64,000 bases of DNA, taken from NCBI GenBank assembly GCA_965223335.1, contig OZ244991.1:2080001-2144000 (forward strand), read 5' to 3'. The notes beneath the pieces were generated by a model, which saw nothing but the letters and a program-made list of their open reading frames with translations, ran no database searches and was not told where the DNA came from. Source of the DNA: Thermodesulfobacteriota bacterium. GTDB taxonomy: Bacteria; Desulfobacterota_D; UBA1144; Nemesobacterales; UBA2774. The position numbers and the translations under genes are program-made. This document shows, in pieces, positions 20,719 through 30,805 of this stretch (position 1 is the stretch's first letter; each line of letters starts with the position of its first letter).

Positions 20719-23700
20719 ACATAACCCGCGCTGCAATTGAAAAAAACCGCATAACCATTGTTGTGATCATCATAGTGGTTTTGAGCGGGCTGACTTCGTA
20801 CTACAAAATGTCGCGCGCAGAGGACCCGGGGTTTGTCATCAGAACAGCACTGGTTACGACCTATTGGAGGGGTGCAAGCCCCGAGAGGGTTGAGCAACTG
20901 GTGACGGATAAGCTCGAGAAAGCAATACAGGAAATCCCGGAGATTGACTTTATCAGCAGTACGTCTAAGACCGGGATCTCGGTAATATTTGTAAATATAA
21001 AAGAGAGTTACACCGATATGCGCCCCATTTGGGATAGCCTTAGACGCAAGGTGGACAAAGCCCGGGTGGAGCTGCCTGAAAACATCCAGGGTCCGTTTGT
21101 TAACGATGAGTTTGGGGATGTTTTCGGCATTGTGACAACAATTACTGGTGACGGGTACCAGTACAGTGACCTAAAGGATGTGGCGGACGAGGTGCGTGAT
21201 GAGCTGCTTTTGTTGGGGGATGTGGCAAAGGTCGAGATTTTCGGCTCACAGGATCAGCGGATATTCGTAGAGTATAACAACGCAAGGCTCTCGGAAATAG
21301 GGCTATCGCCAAGCCAGCTGAAGGAGATTCTTAGCTCTAGGAACATAATCGTGCCGGGCGGGGATATAGACACAGAATATGAAAAGATAGTGCTCGAGCC
21401 CTCGGGCAATTTCTTTACACTGGACGAGGTTAAGACAGCAATAATAGAGGTGCCCGGCAAGGGAGAGGTGGTGTATCTGCAGGATATTGCCAATATATAC
21501 CGCGGGTACATCGACCCGCCCGAGGACCTGATGAGGTGTACCGGAGAGCCCTGCCTGGGGCTAGCGATCTCTATGCGAGAGGGCGGGAATATCATCGAGC
21601 TTGGGGATAGGGTCGAGGAGGTGATGGAGGTTGCGCAGAGTTACTATCCCATAGGGGTTGAGTTCGGTTATGTGCAGTTTCAGCCCCGCCAGGTTCAAAA
21701 AAAAGTTAACGAGTTCACAAGCAACCTTATACAGGCCATCTCAGTCGTAGCACTTGTGATGCTGCTCACACTGGGTGTTAGGACCGGACTCATTGTCGCA
21801 AGCCTTATACCTACAGCGGTGCTCTCAGCACTAATGCTGATGGGTATATTGCAAATAGGACTCGATCAGATCTCGCTTGCGGCACTCATAATAGCGCTTG
21901 GGATGCTGGTGGATAACGGTATTGTGATGTCTGAGTCCATAATGGTGCAGATAGCAGCGGGCAAAAAACCGTTTTTTGCAGCCATAGACTCTGCAACCGA
22001 GCTTAGGGCTCCACTTCTTACATCGTCGCTTACGACTGCGGCTGCGTTTTTACCTATCTACCTTGCCGAGTCTGCCGTGGGAGAGTATACAGCCTCACTC
22101 TTTAAGGTCGTCTCGATCACCTTGTTATCGTCTTGGGTTCTCTCGATCACTATGATCCCATACCTTTGCTGTAAGTTCTTGAAGATAAAACATGACCCAG
22201 AGGCCAAGGACTATAACAATAGGTACTACAGAACTTATAAAAAGCATCTGGTAAGCCTTCTCAAACACCCGTATCTAACCCTGGCTGTGGTTGGGTGTGT
22301 ATTTCTCGTGGCCATGTACAGCTTTAAATTTATACCTAATATATTCTTTCCGCCCAACGACAGGCCGAGTTTTACTGTGGAGCTTAACCTGCCCATTGGC
22401 ACCCCTATAAAAAGGACCGAGGAGGTAACAATAGGGGTCGAGAACTATATAATGGAAAACTTTTTGGTAGACGGGTCGAGAAAAGAGGGTGTGACGGACT
22501 GGGCATCGTTCATAGGACAGGGAGCGCCTCGGTTCATACTGTCGTATAGCCCAGAGCCACCTAGCCCAGACTATGGGATTCTAGTGGTGAACACAACGTC
22601 CAGAAAAGTGATAGACGAGATAATACCCGAGATCGAGAGGTTTTGTTTGGATACCTACCCGGACCTAAAACCCGTTGTGCGGCCGCTTGAGCTGGGGCCG
22701 CCGTCTTGGCCTCCCGTGGAGGTAAGGATCTCGGGGCGCGATACCGATAAGCTGTTTGAGATTGTAGAGCAGGTTAAGGAGAAGATGGCAAACGTGCCGG
22801 GTACGAAATTGATTGACGATGACTGGGGCCCGAAATCAAAGAAATTGTTGGTAACCATAGACCAGGCCAGGGCGCTTAGAGCAGGGGTTACGAGCCAGGA
22901 CATTGCAATCTCACTTCAGACCTATTTAAGCGGGCTGTTTACGACTGAGTTTAGGGAGGAGGACAAACTCATCCCTGTGACCATGAGGTCTGTGGGTAGT
23001 GGTAGGGACGATATAGGGAAGCTCGAGGGTCTAAATGTGTTTGTGCAGAGCTCGGGCCAGTCGCTGCCCCTTAAACAGGTTGCCGACATCGAGGTTGCGT
23101 GGCAGCCGGCAAAGATAGTGAGGCGAAACCGCCTGCGCACAGTGACGGTGGAATCGGCCCTGCAATCGGGTTATACAGCGGCTGAGATAAACGCCGAGCT
23201 TACCCCCTGGCTTGAGCAGGAGCAGAAGGACTGGGGCCTGGGATATTACTGGGAGTTCGGAGGGGAGACAGAGGCATCGGAAAAAGGGAACACCTCTATA
23301 AACGAGAAGCTGCCGATTGCGATGCTTATAATCCTTTTGCTTATGGTATGGCAGTTCAATTCGATCCGAAGACCTATTATTATTTTTATTACCATGCCCC
23401 TTGGGTTGATAGGTGTCGTAGTGGGGCTTTGGGTGACTGATCTTTACTTTGGGTTCATGACCCTGCTTGGAATAATTTCGCTTGCGGGGATTGTGATCAA
23501 CAATGCGATAGTGCTGTTGGATAGGATTAATATCGAGATAAACGAAAACGGTCTCGACCCCCCTCGGGCAGTAATCGAGTCGGCACAGAGGAGGCTAAGA
23601 CCTATTGTGCTTACCACAGTGACCACGGCACTTGGGCTGGTGCCGCTATGGCTCGGGGGCGGACCTATCTGGGAGCCAATGTCGGTGGCAATCATATTCG

Positions 23701-23792
23701 GGCTTTTATTCGCGACTATACTCACGCTTGGGGTAGTGCCGGTGCTCTATTCGCTTTTGTTCGGTGTCAGCTATAAAGACATAAATCCTTAG
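20715..23792 (+). CDS. RND efflux permease (AcrB/AcrD/AcrF family)
   Basis: 1025 aa; GASPERVE, ALGMLVDNGIV, GIVINNAIVLLD, RLRPIVLTT. Confidence 0.95.
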   Translation: MNITRAAIEKNRITIVVIIIVVLSGLTSYYKMSRAEDPGFVIRTALVTTYWRGASPERVEQLVTDKLEKAIQEIPEIDFISSTSKTGISVIFVNIKESYTDMRPIWDSLRRKVDKARVELPENIQGPFVNDEFGDVFGIVTTITGDGYQYSDLKDVADEVRDELLLLGDVAKVEIFGSQDQRIFVEYNNARLSEIGLSPSQLKEILSSRNIIVPGGDIDTEYEKIVLEPSGNFFTLDEVKTAIIEVPGKGEVVYLQDIANIYRGYIDPPEDLMRCTGEPCLGLAISMREGGNIIELGDRVEEVMEVAQSYYPIGVEFGYVQFQPRQVQKKVNEFTSNLIQAISVVALVMLLTLGVRTGLIVASLIPTAVLSALMLMGILQIGLDQISLAALIIALGMLVDNGIVMSESIMVQIAAGKKPFFAAIDSATELRAPLLTSSLTTAAAFLPIYLAESAVGEYTASLFKVVSITLLSSWVLSITMIPYLCCKFLKIKHDPEAKDYNNRYYRTYKKHLVSLLKHPYLTLAVVGCVFLVAMYSFKFIPNIFFPPNDRPSFTVELNLPIGTPIKRTEEVTIGVENYIMENFLVDGSRKEGVTDWASFIGQGAPRFILSYSPEPPSPDYGILVVNTTSRKVIDEIIPEIERFCLDTYPDLKPVVRPLELGPPSWPPVEVRISGRDTDKLFEIVEQVKEKMANVPGTKLIDDDWGPKSKKLLVTIDQARALRAGVTSQDIAISLQTYLSGLFTTEFREEDKLIPVTMRSVGSGRDDIGKLEGLNVFVQSSGQSLPLKQVADIEVAWQPAKIVRRNRLRTVTVESALQSGYTAAEINAELTPWLEQEQKDWGLGYYWEFGGETEASEKGNTSINEKLPIAMLIILLLMVWQFNSIRRPIIIFITMPLGLIGVVVGLWVTDLYFGFMTLLGIISLAGIVINNAIVLLDRINIEINENGLDPPRAVIESAQRRLRPIVLTTVTTALGLVPLWLGGGPIWEPMSVAIIFGLLFATILTLGVVPVLYSLLFGVSYKDINP

Positions 23793-23799
23793 TAGCAGT

Positions 23800-24780
23800 C
23801 TACTGCTCCACCAGTTCTACACGCCTGTTTTTAGCCCTGCCCTCTTCCGTTTTATTGGATGCCACGGGTGCGTATAAACCCACACCTTTAGCACTGACTC
23901 GGCCCGGATCTATGCCGTGTGAGTCTGTGAGCTCTGTCACAACGGCCTCAGCCCTATTTTGAGATAGGTCCAGGTTGTAGTCAACCGACCCTTTATTGTC
24001 GGTGTGCCCGACTATGTAGATTTTGAGCTCCGGGTTGTTCTCGAGCAGTGACGCGATCTCCTTTATAGTGGGCTCGGATTCGGGTTTAATATCGGCTTTG
24101 TCAAAATCGAAGTAGATCCCATATATGGAGATGCTGCCTGTGTCGAAAATCTGTTCGGCCATGGCGTCGGCATCGACTTTGACCATGCTTTCCTGCATGG
24201 GTGCTATTTCGACGATATCTAGCTGTGTGTAGGCCTTATTGGCAGTCTTGCCCCCTGTGGGTTTGTAGGCAACGTATAGCCCCAGATAGATATCGCCATC
24301 GTCATGAGCGAGTTTGGCTGTGAGGTAGCGCTGGTCGGGGTATAGGTCGCCGAATGTCGGGTACATTTTATTCGGAACCATAGCATTGCTCATAGCCCTG
24401 CCGCCGCACTCTTTGTTCTTGCACGTGTAGAGTATCGCGAACCCGGCTTTTTCGAGCTCTATCTCGTAGTTTCTAAATACCTCGAGGCTTGATCTCTCCT
24501 CGGGATTCGCATACGAAATTCTAATAACCTTGCCCTCAAGCGACTCTTTGGTCTCTGAGGTGGTTTGAGGGTATGGGTCGTACTTTGCCTCGGAAAGCAA
24601 GAGCTCGTACTCATCAAACTCCACAACCGTGTAGTAAATGATCTCCGAGCCTTCGTATCTGGATATTTTGGGGTGATCAGAGCTTCCTTCGATGTCTTCT
24701 GCCGTTGCATTTTGGAGTCGACCGGTAAACAGCATTGCCAGAATGCCAATGAAGAGTATGAAGTTGTTAGTATCTCTCAT
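23800..24780 (-). CDS. OmpA family protein (DUF4892-like N-terminus)
   Basis: GSSDHP.ISRYEGS N-domain; IYFDFDKA, GHTD, NRRVELV. Confidence 0.88.
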   Translation of the reverse strand: MRDTNNFILFIGILAMLFTGRLQNATAEDIEGSSDHPKISRYEGSEIIYYTVVEFDEYELLLSEAKYDPYPQTTSETKESLEGKVIRISYANPEERSSLEVFRNYEIELEKAGFAILYTCKNKECGGRAMSNAMVPNKMYPTFGDLYPDQRYLTAKLAHDDGDIYLGLYVAYKPTGGKTANKAYTQLDIVEIAPMQESMVKVDADAMAEQIFDTGSISIYGIYFDFDKADIKPESEPTIKEIASLLENNPELKIYIVGHTDNKGSVDYNLDLSQNRAEAVVTELTDSHGIDPGRVSAKGVGLYAPVASNKTEEGRAKNRRVELVEQ

Positions 24781-24942
24781 AAAGCACCTCCCTTATACGC
24801 GTTAATAATATAATCCCAACTGAATCTAACATATAAGTGCCTTGAAGTATAGAAAGTTTTTAGGGGGATTACTGTTACGCCGGAGGGGGTTTATGGGTTA
24901 TAATTAACATGTTCTATAAATGAGGAGTTATAGGGGGATAGA

Positions 24943-25443
24943 ATGACAAAGATTATATGTGCAGCCTTAGTTTTATTCGTGATTTCATACCCTTACAATG
25001 CTCTAACTCAGGAAGCGGGCGATGGCGGCACTGATCCTTCCCAGCCCGTCGAGCCCGAACCCGAGGCGCCATGGTACTTTTTCCTGCCCGAGGATAACCT
25101 CAACAATTTCAACCTGTCCACAATCGGGGACGGAGACGGGGGATCCACACTCGGTACTACAACTGAAAGGCGGAGCAATCTGTCGGTGAACCAGAGTCTT
25201 GAGAGTGATAAAGACGCTAAGAACACAGAAGATACAGATTCAACGCCTCTCGAGGAGCAGAGTTCAGTGATATATCCGGAACTTAGAAGCGGCAGCGCCC
25301 AGAGCCCTCCGAGGGAGGGGAATACAAAAGTGTTTAGGTGGACCGATGAAAACGGGGTGCTTCACGTGACGGACGATCTGGGTAGTGTGCCCAAGGAGTA
25401 TCAGCAGAATTTTGCGGAGGAGAGGGAAAAAGGGGACCAATAG
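24943..25443 (+). CDS. Secreted protein with DUF4124-like motif
   Basis: Signal peptide; VFRWTDENGVLHVTD. Confidence 0.7.
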   Translation: MTKIICAALVLFVISYPYNALTQEAGDGGTDPSQPVEPEPEAPWYFFLPEDNLNNFNLSTIGDGDGGSTLGTTTERRSNLSVNQSLESDKDAKNTEDTDSTPLEEQSSVIYPELRSGSAQSPPREGNTKVFRWTDENGVLHVTDDLGSVPKEYQQNFAEEREKGDQ

Positions 25444-25464
25444 ATTAATATTGCATGTAATGTC

Positions 25465-25704
25465 TTACCTGTCGTATAACCCTCCCTCGCTGTGAGGGTC
25501 TTCGGATAGCCCTTCCATATTGCGCATGGAATCGTCATAATTTTCTCTTTCTAGGTCGCAGCGGGACCTATCGTTGGGGTTTTCTTCGAGACATTTTTCA
25601 TATGCGGATCTGGTGCTCTTTTTCTCTTCTAACGGGCGTTTCCACGTCATGTCGCACGCAGAAAGAGCAACTATGCTAACTAGTATTAGGGCGGTTTTAA
25701 GCAT
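25465..25704 (-). CDS. Small lipoprotein
   Basis: LSAC lipobox; GGAGG RBS. Confidence 0.7.
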   Translation of the reverse strand: MLKTALILVSIVALSACDMTWKRPLEEKKSTRSAYEKCLEENPNDRSRCDLERENYDDSMRNMEGLSEDPHSEGGLYDR

Positions 25705-25727
25705 TTATTTGCCTCCGTCAAATTATT

Positions 25728-26819
25728 CTATATGCGTTGTTCGGGGACTGCAAATAGAGGCACGCGAGATTTTCTAAGCACCTGTTCTGTGGTGCTGCCT
25801 CTTAGTGTGTCGAGAAAGCTTGTGTGTCCTTCGGTAGCCATAACAATAAGGTCTGCATTTATATTGTCGGATGTTTCAAGTATGGTGGGTATGACCTTGC
25901 CTTTGCGTACGATCTGTTTCCAGTTCCAGCCGTTGCTCGAGCCTGTTTTGTAGCTCGGGGTATCGGACCTGTCGCTTACATAGAGAAGTGTGAACTCGCA
26001 TTTGTCGATCGCAAGAATGTTCAACAATGTAGATATTGCTGTGATTGAGACCGCGGGGCTTGGCTTTGTGTCTATAGGGATAAGGACGTTTTTAATTTTT
26101 ACCTTGCCGGTTTTTTTGGACACAAACCCCTTGGAGTTGGCAGGGATAAACAGCGTCGTGCCGTCTGAGCCCCGAGACACCGGTTCTGCAACCGGTTTGT
26201 GTAGCCAACGGTCTGCACCCTTTTTTTGGTGTGTGGCCAGCACAGTGATCTCGGCGGGATGAGTGGAGAGGAAATGGAGTATAGATGACACAGGGTCCTC
26301 GTGGACACCGACAATGTTTTTGTAGTTGAAACCGAGTTTGGCAATATCTTTTCTGCCCGCAGTCTTGTTCAACAGTCCCCAGTTCTTAAGCGTGTTTAAC
26401 ACACTTGGGAACCCTGATCCCTCTTTATGTGAACGGTCCTTTGCCACGTGGAGTGTGTTTAACTGAGTCTTTGCAGAGAGTGCAAGCTTTAGGGCATGGA
26501 CGAATGCGACCTCACCCATGGGACTGAAGTCGGTGGCGTGGAATATAGCGCCCATCATACTGTTTTTGGTTTTGGGCTGGGGGCGGCCGGAACTCGATAC
26601 TCGTTTGGGTTTGGATCTAATCTGTTTTAGCTCTGCATAAGCAATGTTGAGCTCTTTAATTTTTATCTCTGCTTTTTGCTGCAATCGTTTACTATGAGTG
26701 AATCTGTCGGGGTGCCACACCTGCACCATATCTTTATAGGCTCTGCGTAACTCGGCATCGGTATAACCCTCTTTTAGGTCAAAAAGACCGAGCAGTTTTC
26801 TTTTTTCAGCGTCTGTCAT
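25728..26819 (-). CDS. J-domain (DnaJ) - tandem universal stress protein fusion
   Basis: AYKDMVQVWHPDRF J-domain; HATDFS and ADLIVMAT.G...RGSTTEQVLR USP motifs. Confidence 0.85.
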   Translation of the reverse strand: MTDAEKRKLLGLFDLKEGYTDAELRRAYKDMVQVWHPDRFTHSKRLQQKAEIKIKELNIAYAELKQIRSKPKRVSSSGRPQPKTKNSMMGAIFHATDFSPMGEVAFVHALKLALSAKTQLNTLHVAKDRSHKEGSGFPSVLNTLKNWGLLNKTAGRKDIAKLGFNYKNIVGVHEDPVSSILHFLSTHPAEITVLATHQKKGADRWLHKPVAEPVSRGSDGTTLFIPANSKGFVSKKTGKVKIKNVLIPIDTKPSPAVSITAISTLLNILAIDKCEFTLLYVSDRSDTPSYKTGSSNGWNWKQIVRKGKVIPTILETSDNINADLIVMATEGHTSFLDTLRGSTTEQVLRKSRVPLFAVPEQRI

Positions 26820-26832
26820 CGGATTGGTTCTG

Positions 26833-27213
26833 CTAGTTTAAAACGTTATAACCTCTTCCCTTCATGCAGTTTCGGTAGAGCCGTTCATAGCTTTTTTCAC
26901 TTTTATACACCCCTTTAGCCCCACCGGCGAGCCCTCCGATTACAGCACCCGCTGCAAGCCCTGTAACAGCGTCACCAAAGATTGCACCAAGTAGTGCTCC
27001 TGTACCGGTCCCTACCCCGGCACCCACCACCGTGTCTTTAGCAGCTGATTCCCAGCCGTCGGCATTGCCTTTTGCAATTGCGCGGCACTCGGCTTGATCC
27101 CTGTAGTACCTGTCCTCGTTCTCAGGGCTAACCGCACGGGGGTCTACTACGGGAGTGTAGGTCTGGCAGCCAAATAAAGTTATTGCTAGCAGTATTAAGA
27201 GTACATTCCTCAA
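26833..27213 (-). CDS. Glycine-zipper lipoprotein
   Basis: LFGC lipobox, GAGVGTGTGALLGA repeats, NCMKGRGY end. Confidence 0.85.
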   Translation of the reverse strand: MRNVLLILLAITLFGCQTYTPVVDPRAVSPENEDRYYRDQAECRAIAKGNADGWESAAKDTVVGAGVGTGTGALLGAIFGDAVTGLAAGAVIGGLAGGAKGVYKSEKSYERLYRNCMKGRGYNVLN

Positions 27214-27917
27214 TTGACGCTCTCCCTTTTCGTTTGTTTTGAAGCGTTTGGCATTTCTACCCAGTGCTCTACCAGGTCGCCGCCTGCGGGCTCTCCTATA
27301 TCATAGCCTACAAGGGACTCGTAACCACCAAGATTGTAGTCACGTATTGTAAGTGTACATTTCGTTTTACCTTTGTCTGGGAAACAAGAGAACAGTATCA
27401 TTGAGCCTGCGAGTTCTAACTTATCGTCCTCGCGCAGCAAAGTTGGTGTGAGTCCGAAGTTCTGGATGTCGAACCCGCCTTTTTTGTTTGCCCCTACCCT
27501 AAACATCCCGACGAATTCAGGCTCGTCGGCCTCAAGCGGTGTGCCGCTGTACTGATCCACTAGGGTGTGCTTTACCTCTTCATAAATTAGCGCCGCACCG
27601 CCGATGTCGTGGATCCTGTCTATTATTTTGATGGTTATCTTTCTATCTATATCGCCGTCTACGATATAAGATACTACGTTATATGTGAATATCTCGAAGT
27701 CACCGTGCCCTACGTCTATGGCCGAGCCGAAATGCTTTTCTTTCTTTATGATTTGCTCGCCCTCTGTAGACTCGGTAACGAGTGTTTTGCCTGCCAACAG
27801 GGATGTATAGAGTTTTTTGAACTCTACTACATCAAGGCTTGGGCTTTCGGAATGAGCAGTATTGCCGAGTGTGGCAACAAGCACAAAAACGATGATAAGG
27901 ATGCTTGATTTCTTCAT
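27210..27917 (-). CDS. Secreted hypothetical protein
   Basis: Signal peptide, GGAG RBS, 4-bp overlap with the downstream gene. Confidence 0.7.
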   Translation of the reverse strand: MKKSSILIIVFVLVATLGNTAHSESPSLDVVEFKKLYTSLLAGKTLVTESTEGEQIIKKEKHFGSAIDVGHGDFEIFTYNVVSYIVDGDIDRKITIKIIDRIHDIGGAALIYEEVKHTLVDQYSGTPLEADEPEFVGMFRVGANKKGGFDIQNFGLTPTLLREDDKLELAGSMILFSCFPDKGKTKCTLTIRDYNLGGYESLVGYDIGEPAGGDLVEHWVEMPNASKQTKRESVN

Positions 27918-28054
27918 TTCACTCCCCCCCCCAACTCCATAGTTTGATAGTTTATTTTAACTATTAGGGGTTGCAAAATCAAACCGGAAATTAACCCCAA
28001 AACTGTAAGGATAGTATCGGTTTGTAGTAGTTTTCTATAATCTTATAATTCATA

Positions 28055-28891
28055 TTAGCGGAGAGACTTTAGCTTCTTTAGGTTCTTTATATCGTCTTTA
28101 GCCCCTTCTAAGGGTGTCTCTGCAATGAGGTCCACGTTCCGAAGAGACTTGTGATTGACAACGGCTCTAAAACCCTTGGTGCCGATCTTGCCTTGACCGA
28201 TGTGCTCGTGGCGGTCTTTGCGCTCGCCTAGACCCACCTTGGAGTCGTTGCCGTGGATAAGCATGAGTTTTCTAATGCCTATTTTCTTTTTAAACTCGTT
28301 TAGTGATTTGTCGAGAGCGGCTTCGGTACGGATATCGTAGCCCGCAGCAAACATGTGAGCTGTGTCTAAACAGATCCCGAGCTCCTTTAGATCGGCTTTC
28401 TTAAGAATTTGTGCGAGTTCATCAAAACTGCTGCCGATACTGTTACCCTGTCCTGCTGCGTTTTCCAATAACAGTACTGTCTCTATGCTAAGCCCCTTTG
28501 TGGCCTCTCTAATGCCCTCAGCGACCATCTCAACTGCGGTGGTGTCATCATTGAGATCCTTTTTGCTGCCCAGATGGGTCATGACATAGCGGACACCGAG
28601 TGTGTTTGCACGCACTAAGTCTTCTCTGATAATCGCAATTGTAGCTTTGCGAATCTTTTTGTCTGTAGAGGCAAAGTTTATATAGTAGGGCGTGTGAACG
28701 TAGTAGTGTTTAAAATTGTATTTATCACACTCCTCAAGGAACTCGGACACGGTGTGTTTGTCGAGCTTGGGAGGCGGGCCTCCCCTGGGGGATCGTGTGA
28801 ATAACTGGAAGCATTCGCAACCCAGTTCATGGGCGCGTGCCGGGGCCTTGGGAATACCTCCTGCGATAGATACATGAACGCCGAATTTCAT
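28055..28891 (-). CDS. nfo: Endonuclease IV
   Basis: GVHVSIAGG, HTPYYIN, LENAAG, CLDTAH, HGNDSK, DRHEHIG, ETP. Confidence 0.95.
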   Translation of the reverse strand: MKFGVHVSIAGGIPKAPARAHELGCECFQLFTRSPRGGPPPKLDKHTVSEFLEECDKYNFKHYYVHTPYYINFASTDKKIRKATIAIIREDLVRANTLGVRYVMTHLGSKKDLNDDTTAVEMVAEGIREATKGLSIETVLLLENAAGQGNSIGSSFDELAQILKKADLKELGICLDTAHMFAAGYDIRTEAALDKSLNEFKKKIGIRKLMLIHGNDSKVGLGERKDRHEHIGQGKIGTKGFRAVVNHKSLRNVDLIAETPLEGAKDDIKNLKKLKSLR

Positions 28892-28935
28892 ATGGGACCT
28901 GTCGTATTTAGTATCATGTGAACTGTGATGGTTAT

Positions 28936-29334
28936 TTATCGGCCTAAGAAGGTCTTAACCGAGAATTTACCGGGGCCTGCAATGAGGATAGTAATAAATA
29001 TGATCATATATATCACTGCTTTTTCCCAATTAGCAAACGGGTCGGCTTTTAACATGAGGTGGAACACAAAAGCCGCTACAAACATGTTGCCTGCTGCTAC
29101 GAGTGCTGAGATCCGTGTTAAAAAGCCCAGTACAATTAAGAGCGGGAATAATGTCTCGGCTGCTATGGACGCGTAGGCCATTGCAAACGGCATGGGGAAT
29201 CCATTGGATGCTATATGCTCGATGAAGGGGTCGGGGTTCATGAGCTTGGGCAGGCCGTGGGCAAGTATCATTATGAGCGAGGTAGAGACCCGTAAAAACA
29301 GTAAGCCTAGATCAGTGTAGAGGTTCATGTGCAC
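28936..29334 (-). CDS. DoxX family membrane protein
   Basis: LRV...HGLPK, GFLTR, GPGKFS. Confidence 0.88.
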   Translation of the reverse strand: MHMNLYTDLGLLFLRVSTSLIMILAHGLPKLMNPDPFIEHIASNGFPMPFAMAYASIAAETLFPLLIVLGFLTRISALVAAGNMFVAAFVFHLMLKADPFANWEKAVIYMIIFITILIAGPGKFSVKTFLGR

Positions 29335-29427
29335 GGCTCCGCAGTAAGGTCATGTATTTGCAGCTCTCTGGATTATAACAACTTAAGTAATTAGATTGCA
29401 AGTGACCTATTTTTGCCCACTCAGTCG

Positions 29428-30267
29428 TTAGTTGTCGGCATGTAGATCGAGTGTGTGCTCAAGGCCTGTTCTCTTGCCGTATTTGTTTGTAAAAACTATA
29501 AGTACAGGGAGCTTTTCCAAAGGGCTTTGCTCGGGCGGAGTCCGAGTTAACTCAAAATGTATAGTCTGTTCATTACTGCTTGAATCACTTGAATAAGAGA
29601 TGTTTTTTACCCTCGCACCTTCTACGGGCATCGGGATTAGCTCGATGTTCCCGGGTGTTTCTTCCCAAACCAGTTTTAATGTACATAGGGTTTGATTTGC
29701 GGAGGTCTCCTTTGAGCTTAATGAAGATTCAAACGGTATGTCCGAGCCGTCGATTACGATCGGGAGTGTTGAGTCCCATTCCGCAAATATTTTCTCATTG
29801 GATTTTGTCGGTTCTCTGAGTGTGAGTAGGAGTGTGGCAGAGTCGGGGATGCAGATCCCTCGGCAGCTAACCCAGTTTACCTCGGCTTCTATTGTTACGG
29901 GTAGCTCAAATGATGCATCGGGGGGCACTTTGACATCTGTCCATAGGAGCACACTATCTTTATAACCGTAATCCAAGTAAGCACCACGATTGCTAAAGAT
30001 CTCGGGCACAGGCCAATGTGTATCGCCTGTACTAAGCGGCGGGGGTGTGTGGAAATCCACCTTGGTAGGCAGACCCGAGGTGCCCGGGTTTTTCCAGAAT
30101 ATATACCAGCCCCGCTCGATATTGAATAAGACACCGACTCTAAACGACTCGCCCGGTTTTGGCTCTGAAGTATCTGCGAGTAGTTCTACAGAGACAGGCT
30201 CGGGTATGTCATCGGTGGCCTGGGGCAGCCCCGTCATAAGTGCGAGTGCTAGCAATAATAACATCAT
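29428..30267 (-). CDS. DsbD N-terminal domain-like protein
   Basis: GWYIFWKNPG.SGLP, WPVP, WVSCRGICIP. Confidence 0.82.
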   Translation of the reverse strand: MMLLLLALALMTGLPQATDDIPEPVSVELLADTSEPKPGESFRVGVLFNIERGWYIFWKNPGTSGLPTKVDFHTPPPLSTGDTHWPVPEIFSNRGAYLDYGYKDSVLLWTDVKVPPDASFELPVTIEAEVNWVSCRGICIPDSATLLLTLREPTKSNEKIFAEWDSTLPIVIDGSDIPFESSLSSKETSANQTLCTLKLVWEETPGNIELIPMPVEGARVKNISYSSDSSSNEQTIHFELTRTPPEQSPLEKLPVLIVFTNKYGKRTGLEHTLDLHADN

Positions 30268-30293
30268 GGATCAAGTATACCGCTCGGCGCTCT

Positions 30294-30773
30294 TTAGGGA
30301 TACCAGTTCTCGGGGGGTACCCTTATGGCCAGCACCTCGGCACCAACGCATTGAGTCTCGCCTGAAAAGAGCGTACATGCCACGACTGATTTTTTACCCT
30401 CTCTCTTTGTCACCTTGGCCCTGAGCTCGACCTCGCAGTCAATCGGTGTGGGTTTATGATAATTCACATTCAGATACCCCGTAACGAACCATATTAAGGG
30501 TTCTGAGTTTAGCTCCCTGCCCTCTTGCACATACGCGTCTGCAATGGCCGTGCCTATGCTGTGGCAGTCGATCACAGTTGCAATGACCCCGCCGTTTAGG
30601 ATGTCTTTTGGGCCCGCCATATGCTCTTTGCATGGGGTCCACCGGCATATAGCTATATTACTGTCTGCTTCAGACCAATAACTTTTGATATTGAGACCGT
30701 TTGGGTTGTGGGCACCACAGCCCCAGCACAGGTTATGATCCCAGTGGTCTTGGAACGGGATTTTATTACTCAC
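30294..30773 (-). CDS. PaaI family thioesterase
   Basis: CWGCGAHNPNGL, LNGGVIATVIDCH, hotdog fold pattern. Confidence 0.85.
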   Translation of the reverse strand: MSNKIPFQDHWDHNLCWGCGAHNPNGLNIKSYWSEADSNIAICRWTPCKEHMAGPKDILNGGVIATVIDCHSIGTAIADAYVQEGRELNSEPLIWFVTGYLNVNYHKPTPIDCEVELRAKVTKREGKKSVVACTLFSGETQCVGAEVLAIRVPPENWYP

Positions 30774-30805
30774 TGCTATGCCTCCACGAGCTTAATCTTA
30801 TAGTG

